A stretch of 64,000 bases of DNA from a virus (lineage: Duplodnaviria > Caudoviricetes): the IMG/VR virus record IMGVR_UViG_3300031801_001562; one strand, written 5' to 3'. Position numbers and translations under genes: made by a program. Positions 20,237 through 29,668 of the stretch are shown here, piece after piece; within the stretch, counting starts at the first letter, position 1; each line of letters starts with the position of its first letter. A model generated the notes under the pieces. That model did not search any database, was not told the DNA's origin, and saw only the letters and a program-made list of their open reading frames with translations.

Positions 20237-20874
20237 AGACAAAGCTTCGTCCTTCTATAAGTTATATCCCATGACTTAAATTCTTGCAATGATTCTATCT
20301 TATAACCAAAACTATTTAAATATACTTCAATATCTTCTTCACTATGTCCATACTGTTTTAATTGATGAGGATATGCTTGATATACTATTGTAGGTAAATA
20401 TTTTTCAATAGTTCTTTCTAATCCTAACAATGCTTCATATTCCATACCTTTTATATGCATTTGTATAAAAGTAATATTTTTAAAATCGAAATCATCAATA
20501 ACTTTTACTATTACTTCTTCGCCTTCTTCTTCATTTAATTGATAACCTCCATAATTACCTTCTTGATCAGGCTTAGCAAATTTTTTGCTTTGTTTAGAAG
20601 CTGCGGCAAATGGAAATATTTTTACATCGGGTACATTTTGTCTTAAACATTCACAATTACTTTCTATAGGTTCCCAAGCATACACTTCATCAAACTTTTT
20701 AGTTAATTGCCTACTCCAAATACCAACATGAGCTCCTACATCAATAGCATTACCCTTAGGTACTGATTTAAGTATTTCTCTATGAATACTACCATCCATA
20801 GGAAAACCGCTTGAATGCATATATTCAAAAAATGAATCATCATCTTGTATGTAAAAGTTGCCTATCTTCTTCAT
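20233..20874 (-). CDS. FkbM-family SAM-dependent methyltransferase
   Basis: AIDVGAHVGIWS, AWEP...N, IDDFDF...FIQMHIKGMEY; start Met8. Confidence 0.85.
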   Translation of the reverse strand: MKKIGNFYIQDDDSFFEYMHSSGFPMDGSIHREILKSVPKGNAIDVGAHVGIWSRQLTKKFDEVYAWEPIESNCECLRQNVPDVKIFPFAAASKQSKKFAKPDQEGNYGGYQLNEEEGEEVIVKVIDDFDFKNITFIQMHIKGMEYEALLGLERTIEKYLPTIVYQAYPHQLKQYGHSEEDIEVYLNSFGYKIESLQEFKSWDITYRRTKLCL

Positions 20875-21041
20875 TTCCCTCCGCGCTTCTTCCACTGCTC
20901 AGGATACTTTTCTCGTAATATCTCATCTATAGAATCTTCAAATGCTTTGCTATTTCTGCCTGGTTTATAAGTACAAGGAAATTTAAAATCTTTATTCCCA
21001 AAGTTTTTTTTCCAAAAGTTGACTATCTTGTTTATTATCAT
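20871..21041 (-). CDS. Small hypothetical protein, 56 aa (not in ORF track)
   Basis: MIINKIVNFWKKNFGNKDFKFPCTYKPGRNSKAFEDSIDEILREKYPEQWKKRGGK; ATGA overlaps at both ends. Confidence 0.7.
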   Translation of the reverse strand: MIINKIVNFWKKNFGNKDFKFPCTYKPGRNSKAFEDSIDEILREKYPEQWKKRGGK

Positions 21042-22462
21042 ACATGTACCATAGTCAAAAAATCATCATGTGTAATATTGTTTGAATAATCTATATCGTA
21101 ATCAGGCTCTGTCCAATCTACATATTTCATATTTTTTGTTTTGTTTAAGTACGGTTTTTCGTAACCAATTAACATTGATGCAAGGTTAAAATGATTAAAA
21201 ATGGTTTCTCCTTTTTTACAATATCTCTTTTTAGAAAGAAACATATTCAAATAATCATTATATTCTTCAATGTTTTGTTGATTATTCCAATATCTCCAAA
21301 ATTCGGAATCAGTTCTGTCACTCAATGTATAATGATATTTTACAAATTCTTTTGAATGTTTGAGAAATCTTTTGAGATGCCTAGATAAAACTTTAGATTC
21401 TTTTGAAGTCCATTTCTTTTTCTTTTTATATTGGTCTACAAAATTAATTACCGTCACACAGGTTAACATCAATGAAGTCGCTTCCATAGGTTCTATAAAA
21501 CTCTGTGCCAGCCCATTTGATATGCAATTATCGACCGCAACATTTTTCATAGATCCATTTTCATATTTTATGCAATCAAATACAAAATCTATTTGGCCAT
21601 TCCAAGCATCTTTTAAAATTTTTCTTGCCTCATCATCAGTAGTAAAATAATCTGAATAGATAAATCCACCCGCAGTTCTATTACGTGTGTTCACATCCCA
21701 CAACCATCCATCAGGTTTTGCAGTCAATTCCGTATAAATTTTATGTTGTTTAGGAACACCTCTGACTTTTCCAGCAACAAATTTATTACAAATCATGTCA
21801 TCATAACTTTCATAATCAGACAATTTTGAAATCAAAACTCTATTAAAACCAGAGCAATCAAAAAATACATCACCATATACGGTTTGGCCATTTTCTAAAC
21901 GTAAAAATTCTATACCATTTTCATTTATGCAAACATCTTTTACACCACTGGTAATTAATGTGTAATCATTGAGATGTTTCTGTAATGTCGCTCCAAATTT
22001 ATCTGCTAATATTTGATATGCATGCCCTGGTCGATCACTAATTGTTTTTGGATAAGGAGTTAAATTTTTATCAAGCAAATATTGTTGAGGACCGTGAAAT
22101 AAATTAAAATATTTTGTGGACATATCTAAATTATTGATACAATACTCAACAGAATCTACTTTTGTTTCTGAAAATTCGAAAGCATCTTCAAATAAATGAT
22201 ACCACACGCTACCTGAATAATTCCAATCATTAAATTTAATTCCATATTTAAATGTAGCATCACTATCTTTTAACCAAACATTTTCTGAAATATTTGCATT
22301 TTCGGCTATCAAACGCAATGTCGGTGTTACTGTTTCACCAACACCAATCGGGTTATTTTGCTCTTCGTGAATAACTGTCAACTCACAATCAATAGAATTT
22401 TTTATATAACTAGCAGTTGTCCAACCTGCGGAACCGCCACCGACTACTACGATTCTAACCAT
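21038..22462 (-). CDS. Flavin-dependent (tryptophan) halogenase homologue
   Basis: GGGSAG, PIGVGET, ATFKYGIKF (catalytic Lys position), FDCSGF, WLW, FIEPMEATS. Confidence 0.9.
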   Translation of the reverse strand: MVRIVVVGGGSAGWTTASYIKNSIDCELTVIHEEQNNPIGVGETVTPTLRLIAENANISENVWLKDSDATFKYGIKFNDWNYSGSVWYHLFEDAFEFSETKVDSVEYCINNLDMSTKYFNLFHGPQQYLLDKNLTPYPKTISDRPGHAYQILADKFGATLQKHLNDYTLITSGVKDVCINENGIEFLRLENGQTVYGDVFFDCSGFNRVLISKLSDYESYDDMICNKFVAGKVRGVPKQHKIYTELTAKPDGWLWDVNTRNRTAGGFIYSDYFTTDDEARKILKDAWNGQIDFVFDCIKYENGSMKNVAVDNCISNGLAQSFIEPMEATSLMLTCVTVINFVDQYKKKKKWTSKESKVLSRHLKRFLKHSKEFVKYHYTLSDRTDSEFWRYWNNQQNIEEYNDYLNMFLSKKRYCKKGETIFNHFNLASMLIGYEKPYLNKTKNMKYVDWTEPDYDIDYSNNITHDDFLTMVHV

Positions 22463-23592
22463 TGTGTTAAATATGGATGTAAATAATTTTGAAATTGTTG
22501 ATTTCGAGAAAAATCAAATAGTGTAATTTCTTTAAGCATTTTCTTTTTATTTTCCACATTTCTTTTAAAATATGAATTGCGTATTTGATTAAACTTTTTC
22601 GAATCTATCCGAGGAACTTTTTCTAACAATTGTCTGCTTAGATGAATCGGGCTTATACCTCGATTATCTGGATATACTTCACAATATGAAACATAAACTT
22701 TTTTAGGTAAGGTGCAACACCATTGCCAATGATTAAGCAAATCTAAAATATTTAAAGCAGAAACAACAACTGCCACATTAACTCTTCCTAAATTTGTAGA
22801 AGTTGTTAAAAATAATCTTATGGTCTTATCTAGTTCATCAAACGATTGAGGATATCTTATATATTCGTAACCTTCTTCAACTGAATCTATACTTAATTTA
22901 GGATGCTGCTTTTTAAATTTATTTAATTTTTTAATTAATCGATCGTTAAACATTGTACCATTAGTATGATACGCAAGAATAGTATTTTTAGCCCATCCAT
23001 TATCAATATATTTATCGAGAAGTTTCAAAACTTGTGTATCAAAAAAAGGTTCCCCTCCACTGAATCTAAGTTCCTTTAAGGGATTATTTAAAAGCCAATT
23101 ATATTGTTTTGAATTGGAAGTTTTGGGAATTGTAATCCGCCCCCTAAATTTACCAGATGTAGACTCTTCAACTTCATGAAGTATGCCTTCTTTGCTAAAG
23201 AATTCATAATCTAACATTAATCTATGACTCGTTTGAGGATCACACATTCTACAAGCCAGATTACATTTATTAGAAAAAATGAAATCAACTACATCTAATT
23301 TTCCTCTGGGAATAGTATCATCATTATGGATTCTGAAAGATTCGATACCTCTATCTTCCATATCCCAACAAGTTTTACAAAATGGATGTTTTATATTATT
23401 AGATAAAGCTTCGCGTAATTCTTTAAATTGTTTTGAATTAAAAGCTTCTTCGGGGGTAAGATCTGTCTCTTCCCATTCCATTGGGTCTTCCCAATCGGGT
23501 CGTGACATATTACAACAAGGATGAAACCATTTAATTTTGTCTCCATCCCAATCTCTAATTGTAATTTGTTTAAAGGGATAACTACATAACAT
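22447..23592 (-). CDS. N-terminal twitch-domain radical SAM protein
   Basis: LCSYPF...PCCN...CKTCWDMEDRGIESFR; CNLACRMC; SGGEP; HTNG; LSIDS. Confidence 0.92.
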   Translation of the reverse strand: MLCSYPFKQITIRDWDGDKIKWFHPCCNMSRPDWEDPMEWEETDLTPEEAFNSKQFKELREALSNNIKHPFCKTCWDMEDRGIESFRIHNDDTIPRGKLDVVDFIFSNKCNLACRMCDPQTSHRLMLDYEFFSKEGILHEVEESTSGKFRGRITIPKTSNSKQYNWLLNNPLKELRFSGGEPFFDTQVLKLLDKYIDNGWAKNTILAYHTNGTMFNDRLIKKLNKFKKQHPKLSIDSVEEGYEYIRYPQSFDELDKTIRLFLTTSTNLGRVNVAVVVSALNILDLLNHWQWCCTLPKKVYVSYCEVYPDNRGISPIHLSRQLLEKVPRIDSKKFNQIRNSYFKRNVENKKKMLKEITLFDFSRNQQFQNYLHPYLTQWLES

Positions 23593-24377
23593 TATTCTAC
23601 ATTAAAATCATCACTCGCAAAGCTTGCTTCCCAACCAAACTTTTTAATTTCAGTAGGATCAGCACAAGTTTCTTCGCTCTCACCGGTTACATTTTTAAAA
23701 TCAATTGAATCAATATCAATATCTTCCGGTGCATGTTCTTTAGCAAAATCATAAACAGATTTTGGTGTTCCATATCCAATATCAAAAACTTTAGGAAATT
23801 TTTTCCATACAGGAGTTTCAGTCATTAGTAAATATATAGCTTTTACACAATCTTTTACATATAACCAATCTCTCGTATGAGTTGTTAAATAATTAATATT
23901 TCCTTCTTGTAATTGTCTATAAAACATATCAGGTCGCGAATTCGATCCCCATACTGTAAAGAATCTCATTCCTATAGCATTAGTTGGTGCCATTACTTCA
24001 CAGACCCCTTTAGTCATTGCGTAAGGACTTTTCATATCCGAAACTGAAGAACTCGATGCATATAAGATTTTAGAATTTTTATAAGTATCAAAGATACGTT
24101 TTGTTCCCTTAATATTTACTTCATAATATTCTTTTAAATATTTTGGATCCCAACTATTACGAACACCGGCTCTCGCAGCTAAATGAACTACAACTTTTGC
24201 ATCAACATGAGGTAAATCATCTGTGGTAATATCACAATGAGAATGAGGAACTTCGCGATCCTCCCAACCTAATCCCGAACAATTATCAATACCATAAACT
24301 TCATGACCCTCTTCAGTTAAAAAATTAAATAAATGATGACCTATAAATCCTTTAACTCCAGTAATTAAAATTTTCAT
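23592..24377 (-). CDS. NAD-dependent epimerase/dehydratase (extended SDR)
   Basis: ILITGVKGFIG, VVHLAARAGVR, YASSSS, YAMTK, RFFTVWG; start Met4. Confidence 0.9.
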   Translation of the reverse strand: MKILITGVKGFIGHHLFNFLTEEGHEVYGIDNCSGLGWEDREVPHSHCDITTDDLPHVDAKVVVHLAARAGVRNSWDPKYLKEYYEVNIKGTKRIFDTYKNSKILYASSSSVSDMKSPYAMTKGVCEVMAPTNAIGMRFFTVWGSNSRPDMFYRQLQEGNINYLTTHTRDWLYVKDCVKAIYLLMTETPVWKKFPKVFDIGYGTPKSVYDFAKEHAPEDIDIDSIDFKNVTGESEETCADPTEIKKFGWEASFASDDFNVE

Positions 24378-25021
24378 TATATCCATTCTTTTAATGTTGT
24401 TTCAAGCAATCGCCAATAATCAAAAGATTTCTCTTCAAAAATTTGAGGTTCTTCATTCTCAACTGCTATTACTATAACAATATTATTTATTGGGATTTTA
24501 GTTCTTTCTTCAAACATTATTGAATAAGCTGTTGTCTGGAGGAAATATTCTTCAACCCATTCTCTTTTTTTAAGTTTTCCGGAAGTCTTCCAATCTAAAA
24601 TTGCTTTTTGGCCTTTCCAATCGGCAACACAGTCGCAACGGCCGGCGACTCCTAATTGTTTACTCCATAATGGAATTTCAATGCCTGCAATATTATCGAG
24701 ATTTTTATCTAGGTGGGGCTTGATTGTATTAAACATCTCGCGAACATGCGGTAGAGAATCTCCAAAATAATCTTCTTGATTTAAAATATAATTTTCTACA
24801 ACTTTATGTACTTTTGTTCCGCGACGTGTGGCTTGAGTTGTTATTTTATTGGCTTCTTCTTCACCAATTCTAGCTCGCCATTCTTTAAAAAATTGAGCTT
24901 TTTTTCTACCTAGTACTGTTGTAATGGATGGAAAGGTTCCGTCAGGGGTTTCATAAACTCTGGAACCACTTGTGGTGATTGACTTTAATTCTTCAAATTC
25001 AAGTTCTACATGATCAAACAT
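24377..25021 (-). CDS. PD-(D/E)xK exonuclease, common in T4-like phages
   Basis: PSITTVL, RGTKVH, E..LWS...AGRCDC, ILDWKTS, YFLQ. Confidence 0.85.
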   Translation of the reverse strand: MFDHVELEFEELKSITTSGSRVYETPDGTFPSITTVLGRKKAQFFKEWRARIGEEEANKITTQATRRGTKVHKVVENYILNQEDYFGDSLPHVREMFNTIKPHLDKNLDNIAGIEIPLWSKQLGVAGRCDCVADWKGQKAILDWKTSGKLKKREWVEEYFLQTTAYSIMFEERTKIPINNIVIVIAVENEEPQIFEEKSFDYWRLLETTLKEWI

Positions 25022-25277
25022 TCATCTTACTTCCCGGATAATTCCTTTTCATTTGTTTCAGATGATCTGTAAAAGCTTCATCGGGTTTTTTTCGATGGCC
25101 TTTAGCAGTTGTACCTGAAATGTTATCATAAACAAACATCGGGCTTGCAACTTTCATTTTTATCTCCCCATTGCATTCAGGACAATGGCTTTCCAAAGGC
25201 TCATTCCTTCTTGCAATAGGAAGAATATCTTCAAATTCAAAATCACATTCCACACACTCATAATCATATGTTGGCAT
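25014..25277 (-). CDS. FmdB-type zinc ribbon protein
   Basis: MPTYDYECVEC...CPECNG. Confidence 0.85.
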   Translation of the reverse strand: MPTYDYECVECDFEFEDILPIARRNEPLESHCPECNGEIKMKVASPMFVYDNISGTTAKGHRKKPDEAFTDHLKQMKRNYPGSKMNV

Positions 25278-25280
25278 AAT

Positions 25281-25898
25281 TTACCTATAAAATATATGCG
25301 TATCTATTTGCACTGTTTTTTTCTTATACGTTGCCCATCTGGGGCTATCAATATAATCAGCATGGTAATGTGTTGCTCCATCTGTTATATCTCTTAAATC
25401 ATCTGCATTTGCATAATAATAACTTGCCAAATCCTGAACCCTACTCCAAGTCGGTCCTGGATATGGATTATCATGTCTTCCGTCACAATACCAACTGAAT
25501 TGGCATCGATCTCGTTTAGGAAAACCACTTGTGTAGTGTTTTCCTTCATAAATTACTTTACAATAAGAATCAGGCCAAGAGTGGCTACTTACTCTATTAT
25601 GAGTTACATGAGCGACAGCTAATTTTCCGGCCGTACTTTCTACAGCTGCTTCAAAATATATATTTAAAGCTAGACAAGCTATTTCATCTTGTGCTACAGA
25701 TATTAGAGTGGTCGGATCCATTAGTTGTGGGCCCATGGTCATTAAATTTTTCTTTTCAACAATTTCAGGAAGTATTTGCTGCTCTGCGCGAGGTAAATTT
25801 ATTTTCGCTGCTAGAGCATCTGCTTCCTGAATAACTATTTTTACTGGGTAAGTAATTACTACTACTACCGCCATAACAAAAACTATTATAAATTTCAT
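25281..25898 (-). CDS. SleB/Hydrolase_2 cell wall hydrolase with N-terminal signal/anchor
   Basis: CLALNIYFEA, VAHVTHNRV, CQFSWYCDG, TDGATHYHA, IDTHIFY; hydrophobic N-terminus. Confidence 0.9.
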   Translation of the reverse strand: MKFIIVFVMAVVVVITYPVKIVIQEADALAAKINLPRAEQQILPEIVEKKNLMTMGPQLMDPTTLISVAQDEIACLALNIYFEAAVESTAGKLAVAHVTHNRVSSHSWPDSYCKVIYEGKHYTSGFPKRDRCQFSWYCDGRHDNPYPGPTWSRVQDLASYYYANADDLRDITDGATHYHADYIDSPRWATYKKKTVQIDTHIFYR

Positions 25899-25953
25899 AT
25901 AATCCTTGATTAGAAGTTAGAAAATCACACTTCCATAATTATTATAATAAATT

Positions 25954-26409
25954 TTATGTATTGCTGGTTTGCATAGGTGGTATAAGATGGGGAAAAGTCT
26001 CACTTACGAGCTTATAAGTTAAACCGCGGATACCAAGGTCTTTCTTTTTTATATTTATAAGAATCTCAGCTTCTCTTGGTGTAACACTCTCTAACATTGT
26101 TATGTACATTGTCTCCATTCTGGTAGAATCTATAGTATTTCCTACACAAAAAATCTCTCCTCCTGGGCCGTCAACAAAATATCTTAATTTACGAATTTGT
26201 CCGTAAAGCATTGTTGAACCGGGATCTTCCGCCGCTGCATTAAAAGGTGGCTTCCCCTCTGGTAACAAAAATTTTACATCCGGATGAAATGTATACCACA
26301 ATAAATTTTCCAGATGATCCGTTTGATTTTGTTTAAGTAGATCCCCTCTCTCTTTTTGACTTTTTGCTTTGTCTACCAATTCCAATAATTGCATTAATGA
26401 TATAGCCAT
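25954..26409 (-). CDS. Conserved T4-like phage hypothetical protein
   Basis: LPEGKPPF, RMETMYITMLES...EAEIL..IK pattern typical of ORFs next to rnh. Confidence 0.65.
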   Translation of the reverse strand: MAISLMQLLELVDKAKSQKERGDLLKQNQTDHLENLLWYTFHPDVKFLLPEGKPPFNAAAEDPGSTMLYGQIRKLRYFVDGPGGEIFCVGNTIDSTRMETMYITMLESVTPREAEILINIKKKDLGIRGLTYKLVSETFPHLIPPMQTSNT

Positions 26410-26411
26410 AA

Positions 26412-27269
26412 TTAAAACTCCTGTATCGATTCAGTCATATCTTTGAGTCGATGCTTAATAAAATAATTAAGCATTCTGTCGCGACCTAAATATTGCGCGC
26501 TCTCATATCGTGTTCTTATATTTATCTCGATTTTATCTGGGATACAACCGAGATCTATTAAAGTTTCATTGCGTTTGAAATTTCTTAAAATTTCTCCCTC
26601 GAAATGTTTTTCTGGTGAAATATTTAGCCAATCCATGATCTTCTTCTTCGACATTGGCTTCTGTCTTAACCCCTCTACCAAACAAGCATCATTTGAAAGA
26701 ATATTTGGTATACCATCGCTTCTATCTCCTTTTACTATTAAAGCGCGCAATTGTCCGGCCGGATCATTTTCTTTAATAAATTTTTTAGTTCGAGGCGACC
26801 ATTGAAAAATATTAGGATATCGTTGCAATTGAATAAAATCTTTATCTGAAGAAACTATCAATATATTATAATCTCTATGAGAATAATATTTACAAATAAC
26901 ACCAATAATATCATCTGCTTCACATCCATCTAAAACAACTACTCTATAAGGCATATTTTCTGCTATTTCAACTCGAATGCCATCGAGTATATTAAATAAT
27001 GCCTGCCAATCTACATTTTGTTTATTTTCTTCTCTTGCTTTTTTTCTATTGGCTTTATATTGTGGAAAAACATCCCGGCGCCAATTTTTTCTACTATCAC
27101 AACAAAAAACAATTTCTTTTCCGTACTTAGTACTAAATTTGTTTTTAATCATTTTAATATTATTAAGAACCATATGCCTCATTACAGCATCTTCTTTACC
27201 TGGCTCAAATTGTTTTCGAAATTGCATAAAATTAGCAATTATCATCTGATTATAATCAATTAATATCAT
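26412..27269 (-). CDS. rnh: T4-type RNase H (5'-3' exonuclease)
   Basis: MILIDYNQ, WRRDVFPQYKANR, EADDIIG, SSDKDFIQL, GDRSDGIPN. Confidence 0.95.
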   Translation of the reverse strand: MILIDYNQMIIANFMQFRKQFEPGKEDAVMRHMVLNNIKMIKNKFSTKYGKEIVFCCDSRKNWRRDVFPQYKANRKKAREENKQNVDWQALFNILDGIRVEIAENMPYRVVVLDGCEADDIIGVICKYYSHRDYNILIVSSDKDFIQLQRYPNIFQWSPRTKKFIKENDPAGQLRALIVKGDRSDGIPNILSNDACLVEGLRQKPMSKKKIMDWLNISPEKHFEGEILRNFKRNETLIDLGCIPDKIEINIRTRYESAQYLGRDRMLNYFIKHRLKDMTESIQEF

Positions 27270-27270
27270 A

Positions 27271-28026
27271 TTATTTTTTTTGTTTATATTTCGCTGCTTT
27301 CGTTACTTTTTGTTTTTTTGTTGTAATAACAACATCACATTCTTCTATCATCATATCATAAAATTTAATTAATCTATTTTGTTGTGGGCCACTCATATGA
27401 CTATATGCTTCTTTAAAATCTATATCACCTTCTTTAGCTAATTTTATTTCACCGGCCATTTCTACAATTTCAGATTTTAAATGTTTAGCAACTGGTCTTG
27501 AAACTTTATTATGTTTAACAAATTGTTTAAAATTAAATTTCTTTTTAAAATCTTCTTCAAGTTGTTCTTCAACAATATCTTCTATGTCATATTTTAAATT
27601 TTTTGCTGCTTCTCGAATTCTTTTTTGAATATCTGGTTTTACTTTATCTTTTGATTCTACTACTACCTTACGATGCTCGGCAATTTCTTCTATCTTTTTT
27701 AATTTTTGGATAAAAAGCTCTTCATATTCTTCTGGTAAACTCTTTAATCCTCTTATTTTCATTCGAGCAATATAACCAACATGATTTCCAACCTCGATTA
27801 AATCGGCGATTTTAAGTTTTCCAGGAGATTTACTTTTTACTTTATTTTTTTTATAATATTCTTGAACAAAATTCATACTCTCTTTAAAATCAAAAAATTT
27901 ATAATACCATCTAAAGGCTTCATGAATTTCAGATTTTAATTTATCAGGAGGTAAACTATCCCAATCAATTGGATCCGGCTCGTCACCCATATATTTTGCG
28001 TTAATACTTCTTTTCGAAAAAGCCAT
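27271..28026 (-). CDS. Hypothetical protein
   Basis: 251 aa ORF, phage-like composition, no motif recognised. Confidence 0.65.
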   Translation of the reverse strand: MAFSKRSINAKYMGDEPDPIDWDSLPPDKLKSEIHEAFRWYYKFFDFKESMNFVQEYYKKNKVKSKSPGKLKIADLIEVGNHVGYIARMKIRGLKSLPEEYEELFIQKLKKIEEIAEHRKVVVESKDKVKPDIQKRIREAAKNLKYDIEDIVEEQLEEDFKKKFNFKQFVKHNKVSRPVAKHLKSEIVEMAGEIKLAKEGDIDFKEAYSHMSGPQQNRLIKFYDMMIEECDVVITTKKQKVTKAAKYKQKK

Positions 28027-28716
28027 TTAACTACCTTCATACTCTCCGAGTGTTATGTTATATAATTCTTTTAGCTCACACATAATATAATGTAAGATAA
28101 CAGACATAATTCCTTCACATTTTTCCATATGATTTAAATTAATATGTATATAATTTGAGAGTTTATCTTTCAAAATTCCTCCATCATATCCTAAAATGCC
28201 ATATGTTTCTATGCCATTTGAATGAGCCCATTCAACAGCTTCTATGAGATTTTTACTATTGCCACTACCACTAAGAACTAATAATCCATCACCCCTATTA
28301 GCATAAGCTACAAGTTGATGCTTAAAAATATTATCATAAGAATCATCATTAGATGTAGCAGTAATGAAGCCGATATCGTTGCAAAGAGATATAGCTTTAA
28401 TCCTAGGTCTTGAAAGTCCATTTTCAATTGTCCCTTTAGTTAGATCTTGTGCGAAATGATTAGAATTACAAGCACTTCCTCCATTTCCACATATAAAAAA
28501 TTGGTTTTCATTTATATATAGGTTCCAAATGCCCTTTAATAGTTCATCAAGTTGACTTTCCGAAACTAAATGTAGAGAATTACTTATAGAGGTAACATGA
28601 GATCTCCATCCGGATGTATCCTTTAATAATTCTATTTCCGAATTTATTTTAATTTCTGACACATTATTTGATAAAGTATTATCAGCCCATTTTACATGTA
28701 TATTTTTATTTTTCAT
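28027..28716 (-). CDS. gmhA: Phosphoheptose isomerase (SIS domain)
   Basis: CGNGGSACNSNHFAQD, TATSND, LSGSGNSKN, EGIMSVILH. Confidence 0.88.
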   Translation of the reverse strand: MKNKNIHVKWADNTLSNNVSEIKINSEIELLKDTSGWRSHVTSISNSLHLVSESQLDELLKGIWNLYINENQFFICGNGGSACNSNHFAQDLTKGTIENGLSRPRIKAISLCNDIGFITATSNDDSYDNIFKHQLVAYANRGDGLLVLSGSGNSKNLIEAVEWAHSNGIETYGILGYDGGILKDKLSNYIHINLNHMEKCEGIMSVILHYIMCELKELYNITLGEYEGS

Positions 28717-29668
28717 TATAAAACACTATTCTTGTTCCCTGATTATCGAATCCAACATCAAATGTATCTAAAGTTCTATTTTTCATATGTATCTCTTTAG
28801 CATGATCTGTCATGAAAAGTATATAGCCACCACCACCAGCTCCACATATTTTACATCCTGTAGCCCAAGAAACAGAATTTTGCATAATAGCATTAATTGC
28901 ATCATTAGTAATTCCTTTAGCTAGAGTGTTTTTAATTTGCATGGATTTATTCATGAGTATACCAAAATCATCGTACTGTCTATGATCATAATAATCCAAA
29001 GCTTCGGTACAAATGTCATATATTTTATTATATTTTTTTAATTTTTTTTCAATAGATTTTTTCTGAGAAGTAAGAATTGAAGATGATTGTCTATGTTGGC
29101 CAGTATTAACCAGAACAAACTTTCTTTCAAACTCTGTATCATATTGTAATTCTTCAATTTTTACACTGCCATCTTTAAAAAACTGAAAGTGGTTAAAACC
29201 GCCGTAACTAACCGCAAATTGATCTTGTTTCCCAATCGGCTTATCCAAGATTTCAAGCTCAATATGACATGCTAGATGAGCTATATCGGCCTGATTCATT
29301 GGAGCCCCGATCCAAGTACTTATAGCATTTATTAACCCAACCAGAATACTTGAAGAGGAAGCTAAACCAGATCCCTCAGAAGGAATGTCTGCTAATGTTG
29401 TAATTTCGAGGCCAGGTTTTACATTAAAATGTCTGAGGACTTCGCGAATATATTCATGTTCGATTTCTTCAACATAACTGACTGATTCTTTTTTAGTATA
29501 ATTACAAACAAATTGATCTCGATATAATCTATTTAATATAACATAGGTAGATTTATCGATAGCTGCGCTCATGACTTGACCGCCATCGGGAGCTGTCATA
29601 TAATATTCCGGAATATCGGTTCCGCCCCCGAAAAAACTAATCCGTAAGGGTGTTTGACAAACTAACAA
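28706..29668 (-). CDS. hddA: GHMP kinase, D-glycero-alpha-D-manno-heptose-7-phosphate kinase-like
   Basis: TPLRISFFGGGTD, PSEGSGLASSSS, GKQDQ..VSYGGFN, KICGAGGGG. Confidence 0.88.
   Translation of the reverse strand: MLVCQTPLRISFFGGGTDIPEYYMTAPDGGQVMSAAIDKSTYVILNRLYRDQFVCNYTKKESVSYVEEIEHEYIREVLRHFNVKPGLEITTLADIPSEGSGLASSSSILVGLINAISTWIGAPMNQADIAHLACHIELEILDKPIGKQDQFAVSYGGFNHFQFFKDGSVKIEELQYDTEFERKFVLVNTGQHRQSSSILTSQKKSIEKKLKKYNKIYDICTEALDYYDHRQYDDFGILMNKSMQIKNTLAKGITNDAINAIMQNSVSWATGCKICGAGGGGYILFMTDHAKEIHMKNRTLDTFDVGFDNQGTRIVFYNEK

Noticed and set aside
1-24377. Calling the enzyme cluster a classical RiPP or NRPS/PKS gene cluster
   Set aside because: No recognisable precursor with leader/core repeats, RRE, peptidase-transporter or carrier protein; kept only as one hypothesis
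24377-25021. Cas4-like nuclease suggesting CRISPR
   Set aside because: No Fe-S Cys set, no repeat-spacer array and no other cas genes; this is a standard phage PD-(D/E)xK exonuclease
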